Source of the DNA: Mesotaenium endlicherianum
Lineage: Eukaryota
Assembly: GCA_009602735.1 (NCBI GenBank)
Contig: WELA01001462.1
Coordinates: 84,523 to 148,522 of the forward strand
Direction: 5' to 3'
DNA length: 64,000 nt
A program made the translations under genes and the position numbers. The stretch's first letter is position 1. The number at the start of each line of letters is the position of its first letter. Under the pieces are notes generated by a model. The model had not been told where the DNA came from, searched no databases, and worked only from the letters and a program-made list of their open reading frames with translations. Positions 38,638 through 52,170 of this stretch are shown here, piece by piece.

Positions 38638-41600
38638 CTCCCTCTCAGTTCTACTCTATTTGTTCACTACCTCTCTTAGTCCTAACATCTCAGCACACCA
38701 TTGGTGCTTTACTCTAGGAACAGCCTTTGTCAGAGTGTCAGCCACCATTTTGTCAGCTCTAACATACTTGAACTCCACACTTCTATCAAGCACACATTCT
38801 CTACACTTATGGTACTATATATCTATATGTTTACTTCTAGCATGCTCAACAGGATTGTTCCCTAATGCAATGCAGCTCTGACTATCACTCAAATTGATAG
38901 GGGGCTTATTCTGCTCATAGCACAAGTCCTCCTGAAGTCTTCTCAGCCACAGTGCCTCTCTCACCACCTGTGAGGCTGCCATATACTCTGCCTCCATAGA
39001 CGACATGGCCACCACTTTCTATCTTTTGCTTTTCCAGGTCACTGCACCCTTAGCCAACAAGAATGCATAACCTGTTGTAGACCTCCAAGTGTCTATATCT
39101 CCTCCCCAATCAGCATTGCTGTACTCCTCTAATTTCACACTATCACTCCCTCCAAGATGCAACCATAGGTTTGGTGTCCGCTTGAGATATCTCAGTGTCC
39201 TCTTCATAGCCTCCCAGTGTGCAGGTCCTGGATTCTCCATAAACTGACTCACTATCCCAACAGCGTTAGCAATATCAGGATGTGTGCACACCATCAGATA
39301 CGTGATGCTGCCTGCAACCTTCCTCATCGGCACCTGAGACATCATCTTCCACTCATGCTCATCCTTACACATATGCTCAAGCTCAGCTTGAGCTTAAGAT
39401 CAAGTGTTACGTTGACAGGCTTACAGCCCATCATATCAAATCTCTCCAACAATGTCTGTAGGTAAGCTGGCTGACCCAGCATTACAGTCCTCTTGGCCCT
39501 GTCTCTCTTCACTTGAATACCGAGCAGGAACTACACCTCTCCCAAGTTCTTCATGTCGAAGACACGGCTCAGGGTGTCCTTCACCTTCTGCATCTCCACC
39601 ATCTTCTTGCCAACAAGTAGCAGGTCATCAACATATAGCACCACCATCACTCTGTCATCTCTTGCTCCCTTCATATACAGACTGCTATCAGCATTGGACT
39701 TTACAAAGTCCTCACCTTGAAGGAAGAAGTCTATTTTCTGGTTCCACATCCTTGGGGACTGCTTCAGTCCATACGGGAACTTCTTCAGCTTCCACACCTT
39801 CTTCGGGAACTTCTCATCAATGAATCCCTCTGGCTGCTCCATGTAGACCTCCTCTTCCAGCTCACCATACAGAAATGCAGTCTTCACATCCATCTGATGC
39901 ATCTCCATATCCTCAACTGCTGCAATCAGTGTCACAACTCTCACTGTGGCAATCTTGACAACTGGTGCAAAGGTCTCATGATAGTCCTCTCCTTTTGTGA
40001 GAGTTACCCTTCGCCACAAATCGCGCCTTATATCTGTCCACTGACCCATCTGCCTTCCTCTTCTTCCTGTAGATCCATCTGCCTTCCACAACCTTCTTAC
40101 CGGGTGGCAGCTCTGCCAGGTCCCATATCTCATTCTTGGCCAGTGACTCCATTTTTTCCTCAAAAACCATTCTACACTTAGTTGCTTCCTATGTTCTCAA
40201 GGGAGCCTCAAAAGTCTTAGGCTCTAAGCCATCTACCATATAGGCCACCTCATGCTCCACTGCATCCTCCTCTGCCATGGACTCGGCCACACTCACATAC
40301 TCATCAAAGCCAAATCTGGCAGGTGGGCCTCCTCGAATGTCTAGGAGAGCTAGTTCTCTCCACTAGTGGATGCTTCTTCTCCAACATGTGATGTGGAGCT
40401 TCTCTCAGCTCCCTCTGTCACAGCAAGATTTTTGCCTGCAAGTCTCCTTGATCTTCGCTCCTCTGGTACTGTTGCTCCTTGAGGTCGAGGACCTATTCTC
40501 CTCCTCTTATGGACTGCTCCCTCTTGCTCATCACTCCTTGGCTCAGGCTCCTCCTGAGCTCCAGCATTCAATTACAGCATCTCTGGCAATGTCTAAACTC
40601 TAGTGGGAAGAGCTGCTCTTGCAGCTGGTTGAAGCCGAGTCTCAACTCTGCTCCGTTCTTCCCCCTCTGGCACAAACTCATCGTATAGTCTGGAGCTGCG
40701 AGGGACTAGCACCTTCTCGTTGAAGATCACACCTCTGCTCACAAACACCTCTCCTCTTCTCACCTTGACTAGTCTGTACCCTTTGCTGTTAGCATCATAT
40801 CCCACGAATATGCACCTCTCAGACTTGGGCTGCAGCTTATGTCTCTTATCTAGGGGAATATGGGACCACACCTCTGTCCCAAAGACTCTCAACTCTTGCT
40901 AAGAGAGTTTCTTCCCACTTCACACTTCCTCAAGAATCCTTCCACCTAGTGCAACTGAAGGCAACCTACCACTTACATAAGCAGCAGTGCTCACAACCTC
41001 TGCCCACAAGCTCACATGCTGTCCAAAAGAAAAGATCATAGCTCTTGTAGCCTCCATAAGAGATTGGTTCTTTCTCTCAGCAACTCCATTCTGCTGGAGA
41101 GAGTAAGTAATAGTTAGCTCATGCTTGACCCCCTCATCCCTCAGCAACTTGTCATAGTAGCCGTTGACGTATTCAGACCCAATGTCAATTCTCAATGTCT
41201 TGATCTTCTTCCCCAATTGCTTCCTTGCAGACGCCTTGTACTCCAGAAACTTCTCATATGCCTGATCCTCGGTTTTCATGAAATACTCCTCAGTCTTCCT
41301 GGAGTAGTCGTTTGTAAAAGTGATGTGATACAATTTCCTTGATGATCTGGTTGCTACACTTGCAGGTCCCCACATATCTAAGTGCACCAACTCCAGCAGC
41401 TCACTAGCTCTTGAAGCTTCCACTTTTGGGAATGCCTTTCTAGCCTGCTTCCTCATCTGACATCCTCTGCAGAATTCCAAGATCTGCCCAGTGAAGTCTG
41501 GCAATCTCCTCTCCTTATCCTGTGTCATCTGCCTCAATCTTTGCTCACTCGCATGTCCCAAACTCTGGTGCCACAGGTTGATGTCATTCTCCAACTTGAC

Positions 41601-42355
41601 ACCTCCCTGTGCACCCAGTGAAAACTCATCTTGAAGAACCTGGTCCATCACAAATAGAGCAATCTCAGTTTGGCACTGAATTTTGAACAGGCTTCCCGGT
41701 ACACTTGACTTTACAACCTTCATCACCACATCACCGTCAGGGTCTATGACTCGGCACTCTCTTCCTTCAAACACCCCTGTGTTTCCCAAGACTGTAGTCT
41801 TTGGCACTGAAAACAGATTCTTCACCAGTCCCAAATAGTGAAGCACATCCTGCATCATGACTTTGTGCCTCCTCTTGCCTAGCTGTCTCATGACTACCAC
41901 TTTCCCAATTCCAATCCCTTGGAGCAGCATGCCATCACCATCTGTGACTGGCAGTGAACTGCATGACTTGATCTCTTTCCTGGAAGTGGCATGTCTTGAA
42001 GCTCCACAGTCAATGAACCAAGCATCCTCATCTTGCTCGCTGCACACCAGTGACTCCTCTGTAGTGACAGCATTGGCACTTTCTCTTGCATCAGGAAGGA
42101 ATGTACCTTCTTTCTTCTGGCTGATGTTCCTACTCAAATGTCCCTTCTTGTTGCACCTGATGCACACTGCATCCCCGCAGCTTGGTGCAAAATGTCCTGT
42201 CTTCCCACATATGAAGCATCTCCCTTTCTTGCTTCCACCTCCTCTTCCTTGATACCCTCCTCTACAGGATTTTGACCTCCTTTCTCCCCATCCTTTTCCT
42301 TGCCGACTTGAGCTTGCCACATTGAGCTCTTTCATCTGCTCCACTAGTTGATTAC
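38282..42355 (-). mobile_element. Ty1/copia retrotransposon, 5'-truncated by a gypsy insertion
   Basis: CCHC knuckle, WFIDCGASRH protease, LWHQSLGH, integrase LVHLDMWGP..QQNGVAERKN, RT HQMDVKTAFL..YVDDLL, RH NADWGGD..SKHIDI..ADTLTK; PPT then 3' LTR. Confidence 0.95.
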
Positions 42356-45323
42356 TGTAATGAATCAGTATATTGGATAGATATGATATTCATTCTGATA
42401 TAATAGTTCAATAAGTTTATCCTGCTGAACATTAGTTAATATTTAGTCTGCTGGATTTAATCTTGCTCGATACTTAATACTTAGTTAAATTACTAAGCCG
42501 AGAGTAGCAAGCTGAAGTCCATTAGGTCAGCCTGTTGACTTGCGTCAGCTTGCTGACACATTCTTTGACAGTCAGCTGGCTGCCGTACTCGTCAGCGGCG
42601 AACTGCCTAGCTATGCATCTAAGTGTTATGTGCTAGATGAGTGGCCAGATGACACCCTTAAGGTGGATGGCAATTCGAGATGATGGGAGATGGCTGTGAA
42701 TTTGGTTAACCGAGACCCTACCAACATAGTTAAGTCCCGGGTAGGTGGTGCCATCGCACTTGCCGTTGAAAAGTAAATTCATTCCATGTACATATGCTAG
42801 GTATTGATCTCGAGTTCGGCATTCGGAAACAAGGCCAACTCTCTTGTATCGCTTACTGAGAGATATCTGAATCCAAAGCGAGAAGCCATTGCTACGCACT
42901 GTCTTCTAACCTTGCTTATGTATGAGTTTATAGATTGCATTATTGATGCTAGTTTACTTGCATTTGACTCGCGAGTATTGTTCACTGCTACTGTGTTGTC
43001 TTTTGTTGTTTAATCAATTAACAAAAAAATACCATGAAGATTACTCGCTGATATAAAGATCTTAATGAATTGTTAATCGCCTATTGGTAAGTCAATTCAT
43101 TTCAGTGGTATCGGAGCAGTTACCACAATATTTGTGCATGGTAAGGACTAGGTCTCAAACTAGCAACTCTCGAGAAATGGAGGGTAAGGACAATGACAAC
43201 ATTGTAGAAGGGCAGGACGAAAGATGCGTCTTTGGACCCCGCACCTACTTAGAAACGCTGCACGATGCAGGAGCTAGAGAAGCTGCTGAGCAGGCAGCAG
43301 CTCTTGCTGCATTAGCAGCCCAGCTGGCTGAGGATGAGCGTTTAGCCAAAGAGGTAGAGGAGGTAGTAAACAAGAGGGCCCCTGATGAAAGGACGGTGGA
43401 AGAGCAGATGGCAGAGAGGGCCAATCTTTGAAACCAACCTCCTGCTGTGCCTATTGTCATACCTCTCCCTCATATTCGCAGACAATTGATCGCAACGAGC
43501 ATAGTCGGAGCGGCAGCAATTGGGAATGCCGAAGTTGCTACTACTCGAGCTAATGTTGCTGCTGCTGCGTATGCTGGGCTACCACCTCAGAATGTAGATC
43601 TGGGAGCCTTATTTATACAGATGCAATCGCAAATGGCGAGCATGTAGCAGTCCCAACAGGAGGACAAAAGGATCATGATGGCATTGTTGCGTGACAAAGA
43701 CCAACTGGATTCTCAAAGCACAAGGGGTGGTGGCAGAGGGCCTAGTAAGCTTAAGCCAAAACCTCCCCAGGACTATGATCCTAAGGAAAACAAAAAGTAT
43801 TACCTGATCAAGTTTCTCGCTGATGTAGAGCAGTGGCTGGAGAACTACCCAGAACTGCAGGATTATGAGAAGGTCAGGCACACTGGTGCTCTATCGAAAG
43901 GCAGTGCAGCAGACTGGTGGCTGTATTGGAAAGGAGAGCGTAAGGCTCAGCAACTTGGTGACCCTACTTGGGTAGAGTTTGTCGAGAAGCTGCATGAGAA
44001 GTTCGATGTCATCAATCAGCAGGAGAAAGTTATCTATGCATTGATCTTCTTGACACTGAAGCAGACCACTTCAGTTGCTGAGTTGGCTCAAAAGTACCAG
44101 GAGAACATGATGAAGCAGCCAGATTTGCCAGAGCCGTATAAGATAGCATACTTCATGTATGGCTTGAAATCCGAAGTTTCAGGTCATTTTGCTGAAAAGA
44201 AATATGAGAAACTGGCTGACTTGGTCCAGGATGTTGTTGCCTGGGATCAGCAACAGTTCAATCACAAGCGCCAGAGTAAAGCTTTGGAGTCTACGATTGT
44301 CAAAAAGCCACACGATTCCTGTAATGCAATTGAAGGAGATCAGGCTAAGGACAATCAGGGTGATGAGTATGGGTACGAGTATAATGCTATACAGTCTACG
44401 GGAAGAGGTGGATACTCTTGGGGTGGCTATAGAAAAGGCGGTGGTAGGACTAAGCCGAGACCAGCCTCAGCAAAATCTGTTTGCTGCCATTGCCAGCAGC
44501 TGGGTCACTATAGAGAGCAGTGTCCGGTCAAGCACCTTCAAGCAAAGGTCGAGAGAAATGACCAGCCTTTAAAAGACAGCAACAGTCAGTAACCCAGTCT
44601 ATTGACTGTGAGGATGCTAGGGATAGTAAGTCGTTACTAGCTACCCTTCTAGTTTTAGAATACTCCCGTGCAGCCTCTTTTGGCCAAATCGTGTGTTCCA
44701 ATACTCCGTATCGTGATATTCCGTATTGGCGTATAAACAGATTTCTTTGATTTATTTCCGATTTATAGTTGGTCTATTCCACCGACACTCACGTATTTTG
44801 GCGTATTCCAACGTACAGGTTTGACTACCACGTTCTGTACGTACGGCAAATTGGCAAATCCGTATGCGTCGCATCCGAATTTCAAAACTAGGGTTGCCCT
44901 CGTAGCAGGTATTATAGGTCCTGCTGAACTGGATTCACTACGCATGCTTGACAAACGGATAAAGGAGACCATCAGCAGTATAGATCCCCAGAGAGTGCAC
45001 ACTTTGAATGATCTTGTTCCACCTGATGTCCAACATTTATTTGCTAAGTGAGGAGAACAATGCGAAAGTTAGGAAAAGTTAGTTCCCCCTAATCTATTGC
45101 ATTGTATGATTGCAGGTAGGAAGGTGAGGGCATTTGTTGACGGAGGGGCGTCACATACTTTTATCCACAAGGACTTAGTTAAGTGGCTAAGGCTGCCACT
45201 TGTCACCCAAGGGAGTACAAATCATTCCTTGGAGATGCCTCAAGTATACCGGGAGGAGTTATAACAAATCCTATTGAAATCCAGTTAAGTTTTGGCATTG
45301 CAGTTCTAACTGAAACGCTTACA
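42356..45323 (+). mobile_element. 5' part of a Ty3/gypsy element: LTR 42356-43104, tRNA-iMet PBS, gag, protease
   Basis: TGTAATGAAT...ATTCATTTCA; PBS TGGTATCGGAGC (43106-43117); gag 43138-44592 (AADWW, TWVEF, FMYGLK, CCHCQQLGHYREQC); protease FVDGGASHTFI near 45135. Confidence 0.9.
44648..44892. mobile_element. hAT-type MITE with the same TIR family as 34120-34482
   Basis: CTAGTTTTAGAATAC...GAATTTCAAAACTAGG; degenerate 8-bp TSD GCTACCCT/GTTGCCCT. Confidence 0.75.
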
Positions 45324-45907
45324 TTTGATAAGTGGTACACTGACCTTGGCAAGAAATATTTTGTATTTATTGGCGAAAAGAATAGCAATGAATAGCATAT
45401 AATGACCGCGTTTGTACTAATCTAGAAGCTAACCTAGGAATCTAGCTAGTTTATAATATTATGATGGTCATACAATGGTCTACCATGCTCCTACAAGGGA
45501 ACATTATGGACCGATGAGGGTCATACTATGCTCGGCTTGGAATTTGTGGAACAGTTAACAACCCTTAGGCGTGCGTGGTGCGTGTGCGGGTGGGCGAGAG
45601 GCTGGTAATGCTAATGACTGCTTCTCGTTTGCTTGTGCAATAAAAAAAGTTATCGCGATACTGCGCCTCATATAGGTGCAGTCGCCGCCACTAGGGCGAC
45701 AGTTACGCAACAGTTGCTTGCAGCTAATTGGCTGCGAGGAGATTGCTCTCGCAGTGCCACTTATCAAAATCTATTTTGAATATTTTGAATATTACTTTGA
45801 TAAGTGGTACACTGACCTTGGCAAGAAATATTTTGTAAATGTTGGCAAAAAGAATAGCAATGGAAAAGCATACAAGTGTAGGCTAGAACTATGTGTCAAT
45901 GTCGCGA

Positions 45908-46880
45908 TCAGCGGCGATATTTGCGTCTAAACGCGACTGAAATTTGTGGCTGTGTATACTGCGTGGTTGCTTGATCATTTTCTAAGTCTATGGCCTTAGC
46001 GGCGTGGCAAAGTGCCCGCGGGAGATGTACAACGTAGGCAGCTTTTGCTTGTTCTGAGCGCCATCTTCCCATTTCTTGGAGTACCCAATCAGGGACACCC
46101 GCATTGGCTGCTGCTGTGGCTGCCCCTTTACGTAAAGATTGTGTGCCGCATGTATGCATAGGGATGCCTACTGCGCCAAAGCATTCCAGGCACCATTGGC
46201 GTACTTCCATGTAGCTAGGTGCTCGGCCAATCAGTGCGTGGGCGCGGTTGAATCCTTGGATCAAGTGATCTCTTGCGCCATGACCCGGGATTTCGTCTAA
46301 TAGTCGGTACAGAATGGCGACAGGGAACCATGTTCCCCCAATAATAAATAGGGTGGCAAATGACCCTTGTTGGCCAGGGTCGATTTTGGAGTGAGGAATT
46401 TTAAGTCTAAGTGCCTCGGTATGCGGGTGTTCTTCGAATTGTATATCGCTGAGATTAATTTGGACTAGGTCTGACCAACGTAAAAGTGCATGGTACATAA
46501 ACAACAAGGTAGCGGCTTTGATCATGTGGTGTGGTGGTGCACCGGGAAATGCAAACTTTTCCACGATTTCTCGAAGTTTGGTCGGTGCCAACGGCATCTT
46601 TGTTTCATATGGTTTCTCTAATAATCGGAAAGCAAATTTCATGAGGAGAGTGGCCATGGGGGAATCGGTAGGGTTGGGCAAGTGCGCTAATCTGTGGACG
46701 GCACTGATGGCCGCTAACGACAGTGTGAAGATATGCCGAGAGGCTTTCTGTGTGATCAGGTGGATGAATTACACTACAATTGTGTGTGTTTCGGCTGGGA
46801 GCAAGGCTTTCTGGTGTTGAGTGCGAATCGTTGCCAGTACGTGTCATACGTTTGCAGTGTCCGAGGGGCAAGGGCCGCTA
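45908..46880 (-). pseudogene. Tyrosine recombinase
   Basis: ALAPRTLQTYDTYW N-terminus; LLRWSDL, HSKID, TQSLRKGAAT, MGRWRSEQAKAAY (R..K..[H>Q]xxR..W..Y). Confidence 0.92.
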
Positions 46881-46952
46881 GTGCCAAGTCGATCTGGCGT
46901 ATCTCTAGCTGTTTTTTTTGTTTGCTTGTTTGTTTGTTTGTTTGTCCGCCAA

Positions 46953-47385
46953 CTATCTGCGCACACAAGGGCTTGGTCTTAGTCGGAGGGCCAACATAGT
47001 GCAGAGTGGAATACCTTTCCCCCCAAATGCTCGCGTATCTTCTCCTACGGCTAGCACGTGTGTGCTGTACCCAATGATGGGTACGCCTTTGATAAAACTT
47101 GTCCAACTCCGAGCGTCCTGGAGGAGGAGGGGCCACCGTACTGCTGCCCGCCAGTAAGGTACTATGATTGTGCACTCTGCGTGGCATCTGCATGCGTGCC
47201 GGATTGTGTGTGCTATGAGCTGAGGGGGGGGGAAACAATAGTTATTTTCCCCTTCCGAACTGACTGTGAACGTGTTGGTGCTTTCGGCACCTCTACAAAA
47301 AAAGCGAGTGTTGAACCGTGCGACTTTTCGATTAGCTGAGGTGGCAAAACGGTCCACGGAGAATGGACCCCACATGACAGGTGGC
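46953..47385 (-). pseudogene. DIRS-associated DNA N6-adenine methyltransferase-like (MT) domain
   Basis: WGPFSVDRFATSAN..RFNTRF..NYCFPPPQLI..IIVPYW..WPLL, typical of the DIRS MT domain. Confidence 0.85.
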
Positions 47386-47779
47386 AGGCCCCAGGCCTGC
47401 GCAGTCCGAACAGCCGAACCTGCGATCGGGCCCACCAACGGGTCCACCCAGCAGCCAACGCAGCCAGCGCAGGTGCCGACACACGCGCCCCTTGCGTACG
47501 CTGTCCTTCTGGCGCCAGCAGGGTTGCACAGTGCTTGTGCAGCGACAGGTGGCGCCCTAGCACGGGTCCGCTAATTAGCAACTCCGGCTGCAACTTCAGC
47601 AGTTGTGCGAGTTACGGCCGGCCGCGCAGACGTGCGCAGTGTTGCGCACGAGCACGCAGCAACAAGACAGCCGCCCGCTTCTGGCTGCTGCTAGCAGCAG
47701 GTCCCAGCAGCCGCCACCACGTGTCACGCACACGCAAGCCGAGGTGCCAACTTACAACAGCGGCATGGCTTGGCGCACA

Positions 47780-50700
47780 CGCCAACACCGGCCAGCGCCA
47801 CAAACTACGCTGCGCACGTTCGACAGCAACGCAATCGGCACAGCTCCAGCAGCAGCTGCATACGCTAGTTGCACACACGCGCTGCCACATGGCACGCGCA
47901 CGCAAGCCAGCACAGCGAGGTGCGCCCGGACAACCGCGGCCGGCATAGCCACGTGGGAGGAGGGATCTTGGACTGCGTTGCGCAGCCAGCTTGCAGTCTG
48001 GAGCCTCAATGACGCACCCAGGATGGCGCACAGCCAGGGCTTAACACTAGATGGCCCACCAGAATACACACTTTTTGATGCATCTACTACTTTTACTCTT
48101 GATTTTTTCCCACTACAATACCAATCCAAATTCTAAGTGCTCATATATTTGGAAGCCTTATATCACAATCTTGGGGATCACACTTTTTAATTTGTAACCT
48201 GTTTTTTAGTTTAAGAAAAAAAATCGTAAAGAATGCAACCCAAAAATTTCTCGTGAAAACTGCAATTTTTGGTGCATCATAAATCTAACCACAAAATGAT
48301 CCACAGACTATGATTTTTGGCAGTACTGTGCATAAGGGTGATAAGTGGCTGCACAAAATTTCAAAGTCTTAAGAGAAGTATGGTGCACAATAGGTCTCAA
48401 ATAAAGATTGCATCACATTTGATGCGCAAAAAAACATTGATGCAACAAGCGTTTTGGTACCTGCCTGAATTTCGCAGCACTTTCTGAAGTGCACTGTGGT
48501 CATGCTAGTCTTAAAAAATGCATACCACACAAGTGCTTTGACACCTTTTTGAGACTTATTTTTTTAATTTTAACTACACTTAACGACTTAAATAAGTAAA
48601 ATATTCACTTTTCAAGGGCAGAATCTGCAATATTTTCATTTCCAGAAAAACAAAAAATATAATCAAATACAGTCACATCAGCACATGAGTCTCATACCCT
48701 CACAATCCTTATAGCTTTAGTACACATTTGATTGTAGCTTAAAACAGAATGCACAAGTTTCGTCGATATCTCGCCTAAATGTCTCTCTACTTCTTCTCTC
48801 TCTTTGGTCCAACATCAAGATGGGGGATCTCTCTGGTTGTAGGGTAGGTCTGGAAGCAAGGGGCGGCACACAAATAGACATTGCACTGCAAGCACTTGTA
48901 GTTCCTATACTAAGCTCTCTTCCTATTGGCACGATGCCCAAAAGTATCGACAATGCACACGACGCAATTATATCTCTTATCTACCTCTGCTGGAAAGTGC
49001 CTGCCACTGAACCTACCTTCTCCTCTAGGCTCGGCTGCCACCACCCTTGTTGACACTCCACTAGACCCTGCTTCATTAGAGTCTGGAGGAAAGCAGGTTC
49101 TTTGTCTATTGTCTTTGAGATGAAAGAATTTTCTAATCTCTTTGAATCTATTTTTACTCATGAATCTGCCAAAACTAGGAAGTGTTATAGGTCCTTTCAC
49201 ACTCTTTTGCCAGTAACTCCTCAGTCTTGGCAGTCCATGCAAGCCCATAGCCATGGAAAACAACCATCTCCGTGTATGTGACAAGAATCCAGCCTCTGAC
49301 TGGATGCTGTGACGCATAATTGTTTGTCTCCAAGACAAGCTGCTGAAAAAATGCAATGGGCATAAATAGACAGAAGATCCCAAAGGGGCTCAAAGCTCTG
49401 AACCTCCCGTCTGGAATGCCTTGCAAGCCATGGTGATGTGTAGTACTAGGCTGCAGCAAGTCCACCTGGCAGGTTTCTCCGCGGGTCGGCTCTTTCCAAT
49501 CCCATATTTCTTCATACTCCTCCTCCGCCTCCTCCTCCTCCAACATGGTGGGAGCAAGAGGCACCTCCTCTTCCTCCTCGGAAGACAAGCTGTCTTCCTC
49601 ATCACTGATGTTGCTGCTCTCAGAGCCAGACACAGAGTCTATCATGGGCTCTTTTCCTTTTTTTGTTGTGAGAGGGGCCCTTCAAACATGAACTTACTCT
49701 GAGTAAAAGGAGCTGCTATCTTGTTTGACTCCACAAGCCGACCCCTCTTCCTTCTCTCAAATGAGGGCTGGCTATCATCTATGCTAGATTGAGAACCCTG
49801 CTGTCCCATATCTAATTTTTGAGGCACCAAAGGGGTCTCAGACACTTGGAAAGATGACCTACGGTCATCTTGCTTCACAACCTCTTTTTCTGGTTCTTCC
49901 TCCTCATCTTTCCGCGAGTACACACCCTCACAAAATTCATGGAATGTCTTAGACTCTTTGCGAAGGTCCTCTCTCACGAAAGACTCTAGAATCTCTGTTT
50001 ACTCTTGTCATAGACAAAGTACACCTCGTACACACAACCCTCCTTCTTTTTCCCCACCACCCGCTTCTTCACCACTCCCTCTATCAACAACTCATCCCAA
50101 TAAGCATCAAACTTCTCTTTTGCCCATGCAGTACCGAAATGAGCAGCGGGAACCAAAATATTAGCGTCTAAAAGTGCGTCTAATGAACATTCAGAGGCAT
50201 CCATGGCGGACGAAAGCTCTCGAAGATGAAGGTTAGCCTTCTTTTCGGTTCGTTTTCTACATCGAAACTAAAATTAGCACCGTACAATAATGTGCACAAC
50301 TTGTACGCGTTTCGTCGCTTTGACCTGTAGATTTAATTACGGACACTTGGCGGCATAGCCTATTCTTTAAGGCAAATTTCAATAGAAAGTAATAAGTATC
50401 AAGAAAGATACAGAGGTAGCAAGGGGAGCAAGTAGATGCATCGGAATCTGTGAGTTGCATCATATTTGGTGCTCCGGGCCATCTAGTGTTAAGCCCTGGC
50501 TGCGCACAAAGCCCTAGCGCAAGCGCAAGTTGCGCTGCCGGGATCATGACGAATGCACGCGCCGAAGGGGGGGCACCACGAGGTCCAGTCAAAACAGCAT
50601 TGCCCCTCGCCCTCGACGGACCAGCATCACGGCCAGTCTGCGCAAGGGGCAACTTGGAGGCGCCACTTGGCGACACGACAGCAGCGCAAAACGCTGCGCA

Positions 50701-51900
50701 CAGCAGCGCAGTGCGCATCTGCACAGGCACTGAAGGAGGCGCATCTGCGCGACCAGCGCGGCCAGAAGAGCGCAACGACGGCCCTGCGATTGCGGCCTGC
50801 GCAATCCAGCACTCTTGGGACAGCGCAGCGCCACCTGGCAGCAACGCAGCGCCATCTGACGCACGTACAGCAGCCACAGCGCCCGACAGCGCAATCGGCA
50901 CAGGTCTAGCAGCAGCTGCGCACAGCAGTTGCGTGTCCACATCAACACATGGCACGCGCACACGGCCCGGCACAGCAGGATGCGAACAAGCGGGCGCGGC
51001 CAGCATTCTCGCGTCAACAGCGGCACCCCAGACTGCGCTGCGCAGTCCGATTGCCGTTCGCATCCCCGACGACGCACCCAAACCTGCGCACAGCCAAGGC
51101 TTAAATCCTGGCTGCGCACAAAACCCCGACGCATGCGCGACTTGCGTCTCCGAGTTCGCAACGTGCGCACGCGCCAAGGAGGGGGCGCCACGAGCTTTGT
51201 TCGGGGAAGCTGCACCCTACGCTCTTGACGGACCGGTGTCACGTCCAAGGGGTGCCAGAAGCAACCTGGAGGTGCCACGTGGCAACCCAGCGGCAGCGTC
51301 GCACACCGCGCACAGCAGCGAGAGGCACATTCGCGCACGCGCTGCTGGGAGCACATCTGCACAAACATCGCAGCCCAAGGAGCGCGTCGACAGCACCGCT
51401 CTAGCATGCGCCGCTGGTCTGCACCCCTGCATCAGCACAGCGCCCGCAGCAGCCGCACACAGCAGCTGCGTGCACACGTCGACACGTATCACGCGCACAT
51501 GCCCCGGCACAGCCACGTGCAATCTGGCGGATGCGACCCGCATTCCCGTGCAAGGGGGGGCGTCCCTACCTGCGCTGTGCAGCTCAATTGCCGGCCGGAG
51601 CTTTGACGATGCGCTCACAGCTGCGCACAACCAGGGCTTAAACCCTGACTGCGCACAAAACCCTAGAGCACACGCAATTCGCGCTGCCGGGGTCGCGACG
51701 AGCGCACGCATCGGGGGGGGGGGACGCCACAAGCTTCGCCCAAGCCAGCCGCACTCCACGTCACCTACGGACTGGCGTTACGACCCGTCCGCCTCAGGAG
51801 CTATTTGGGGGCGCCACTTGGCAGCTCTGTAGCAGCCCCGGATGCTACGTACGACAACGCAGGGCGCGCTTGCGCACGCACGGCCGTTAGCGCATCTGCG
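47780..51900. repeat. GC-rich tandem repeat, about 3 units of ~540-610 bp, interrupted by PB2
   Basis: Recurrent GCGCACA.CCA.GGCTTAA..CCTG.CTGCGCACAAA anchors with TTAA at 48041/50489, 51101 and 51638. Confidence 0.8.
48045..50488 (-). mobile_element. piggyBac-like transposon PB2, internally deleted
   Basis: TTAA TSD; perfect 13-bp TIR CACTAGATGGCCC; fragments LVLETNNYA and MSKNRFKEIRKFFHLKDN fused to the Cys-rich tail CVVC..CLQCNVYLC; DDD core missing. Confidence 0.92.
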
Positions 51901-51934
51901 CGACCAGCGCAGAAGGGGGGGCACAGCGACGGCG

Positions 51935-52170
51935 CTACAGCAGCGCCAGCGCTAGGTGACCGCCAGCGCCAGGTGCGTCAGCGCTAGTGCCAGTGCCAGC
52001 GCCAAGTGCGCCACCACCACCGCCAGCGCCAGTGCCAGCGCCAAGTGCGCCACCACCAGAACCAGCGCCAGCGCCAGGTGCGCCAGCGTTAGCGCCACTT
52101 GCAGCGCCAGCGCTAGGTTCGCCAGCGCCACCCGCGACCCCAGCGCCAGGTGCGCCAGCACCAACGCTAG
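51935..52170. repeat. (GCGCCA)n-type minisatellite encoding Gly/Ala-rich sequence on the minus strand
   Basis: Repeated gcgccagcgcca / gtgccagcgcca units; may be the start of the DIRS ORF1. Confidence 0.7.

Noticed and set aside
42351..42355. ATTAC precedes family-C-like LTRs at both 20076 and 42351 (target specificity?)
   Set aside because: The third insertion has TCAGG and the first site was probably ATTGC originally; too few cases.
50450..51832. 460-aa Ala-rich ORF as a host gene
   Set aside because: It lies in a GC-rich tandem repeat, starts inside PB2 and has no recognisable domain.
51935..52170. CRISPR-like or collagen-like array
   Set aside because: Simple 6-bp-based minisatellite with no unique spacers and no Gly-X-Y period.
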